Part shown: one piece after another, positions 63,817-64,000 of the stretch
Layout: each line of letters starts with the position of its first letter
How positions within the stretch are numbered: position 1 is the first letter of the stretch
Origin: Alphaproteobacteria bacterium
Lineage (GTDB): Bacteria; Pseudomonadota; Alphaproteobacteria; SHVV01
NCBI GenBank assembly: GCA_965261735.1
Contig: OZ253470.1
Location: forward strand, 4,928,001 to 4,992,000
DNA length: 64,000 nucleotides
Reading direction: 5' to 3'
The notes under the pieces: generated by a model
Databases searched by the model: none
Seen by the model: the letters and a program-made list of their open reading frames with translations, nothing else
What the model was told of the DNA's origin: nothing
Translations under genes and position numbers: made by a program

Positions 63817-64000
63817 TCTTTCACCACAGCACTTTCGCTGGGAGGTGGCCGAGCGGATCGCCACCATTACCCTCGATCGGCCCAAGAAGAAGAATCCCCT
63901 GACGTTCGAATCCTACGCCGAGCTCCGGGACACCTTCCGAGCCCTGGGCGAGGCCGAGGACGTGCGGGCCGTGGTCGTCACCGGCAGCGGTGGCAACTTC
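63803..64000 (+). CDS. Enoyl-CoA hydratase family protein, 5' part (runs off the window)
   Basis: [15 protein letters not shown]...[23 protein letters not shown]...[10 protein letters not shown]. Confidence 0.88.
   Translation, partial: MKGADLSPQHFRWEVAERIATITLDRPKKKNPLTFESYAELRDTFRALGEAEDVRAVVVTGSGGNF

Overview
This is a GC-rich bacterial chromosome segment, most consistent with a Rhodospirillales-like alphaproteobacterium (sigma54/NtrC-controlled glnB-glnA, stand-alone parE, zinc-finger DinB, tRNA-His with G-1/C73). The flanks are mostly housekeeping and transport genes: ABC transporter, dinB, aceB, CoA-transferase/HMG-CoA lyase, EamA and MFS paralogue arrays, bioY, tRNA-His, aminotransferase, glnBA, parE, a DEAD-box helicase and the start of an SDR-MarR-enoyl-CoA hydratase cluster. 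The middle (about 15-52 kb) is a paralogue-rich catabolic and transport region with three amidohydrolases, two two-domain VOC dioxygenase-like proteins, an alpha/beta hydrolase, four periplasmic binding proteins, two Rieske oxygenases and a Tat-exported intradiol dioxygenase-like protein. It is heavily colonised by insertion sequences: a four-level nested IS21>IS256>IS256>IS256 stack with all target-site duplications preserved, four defective IS1595-family (ISSod11-like) copies of which two share one deletion, and an intact IS630. The most notable signals are the nested IS stack, the apparently trans-mobilised IS1595 deletion derivative, VOC proteins whose catalytic residues lie in the N-terminal domain, a glnA with non-alphaproteobacterial motifs behind a native glnB, a 28-bp inverted repeat carrying facing TTGAC boxes, and two likely CTG starts. 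All calls come from reading the sequence; no database searches were run.
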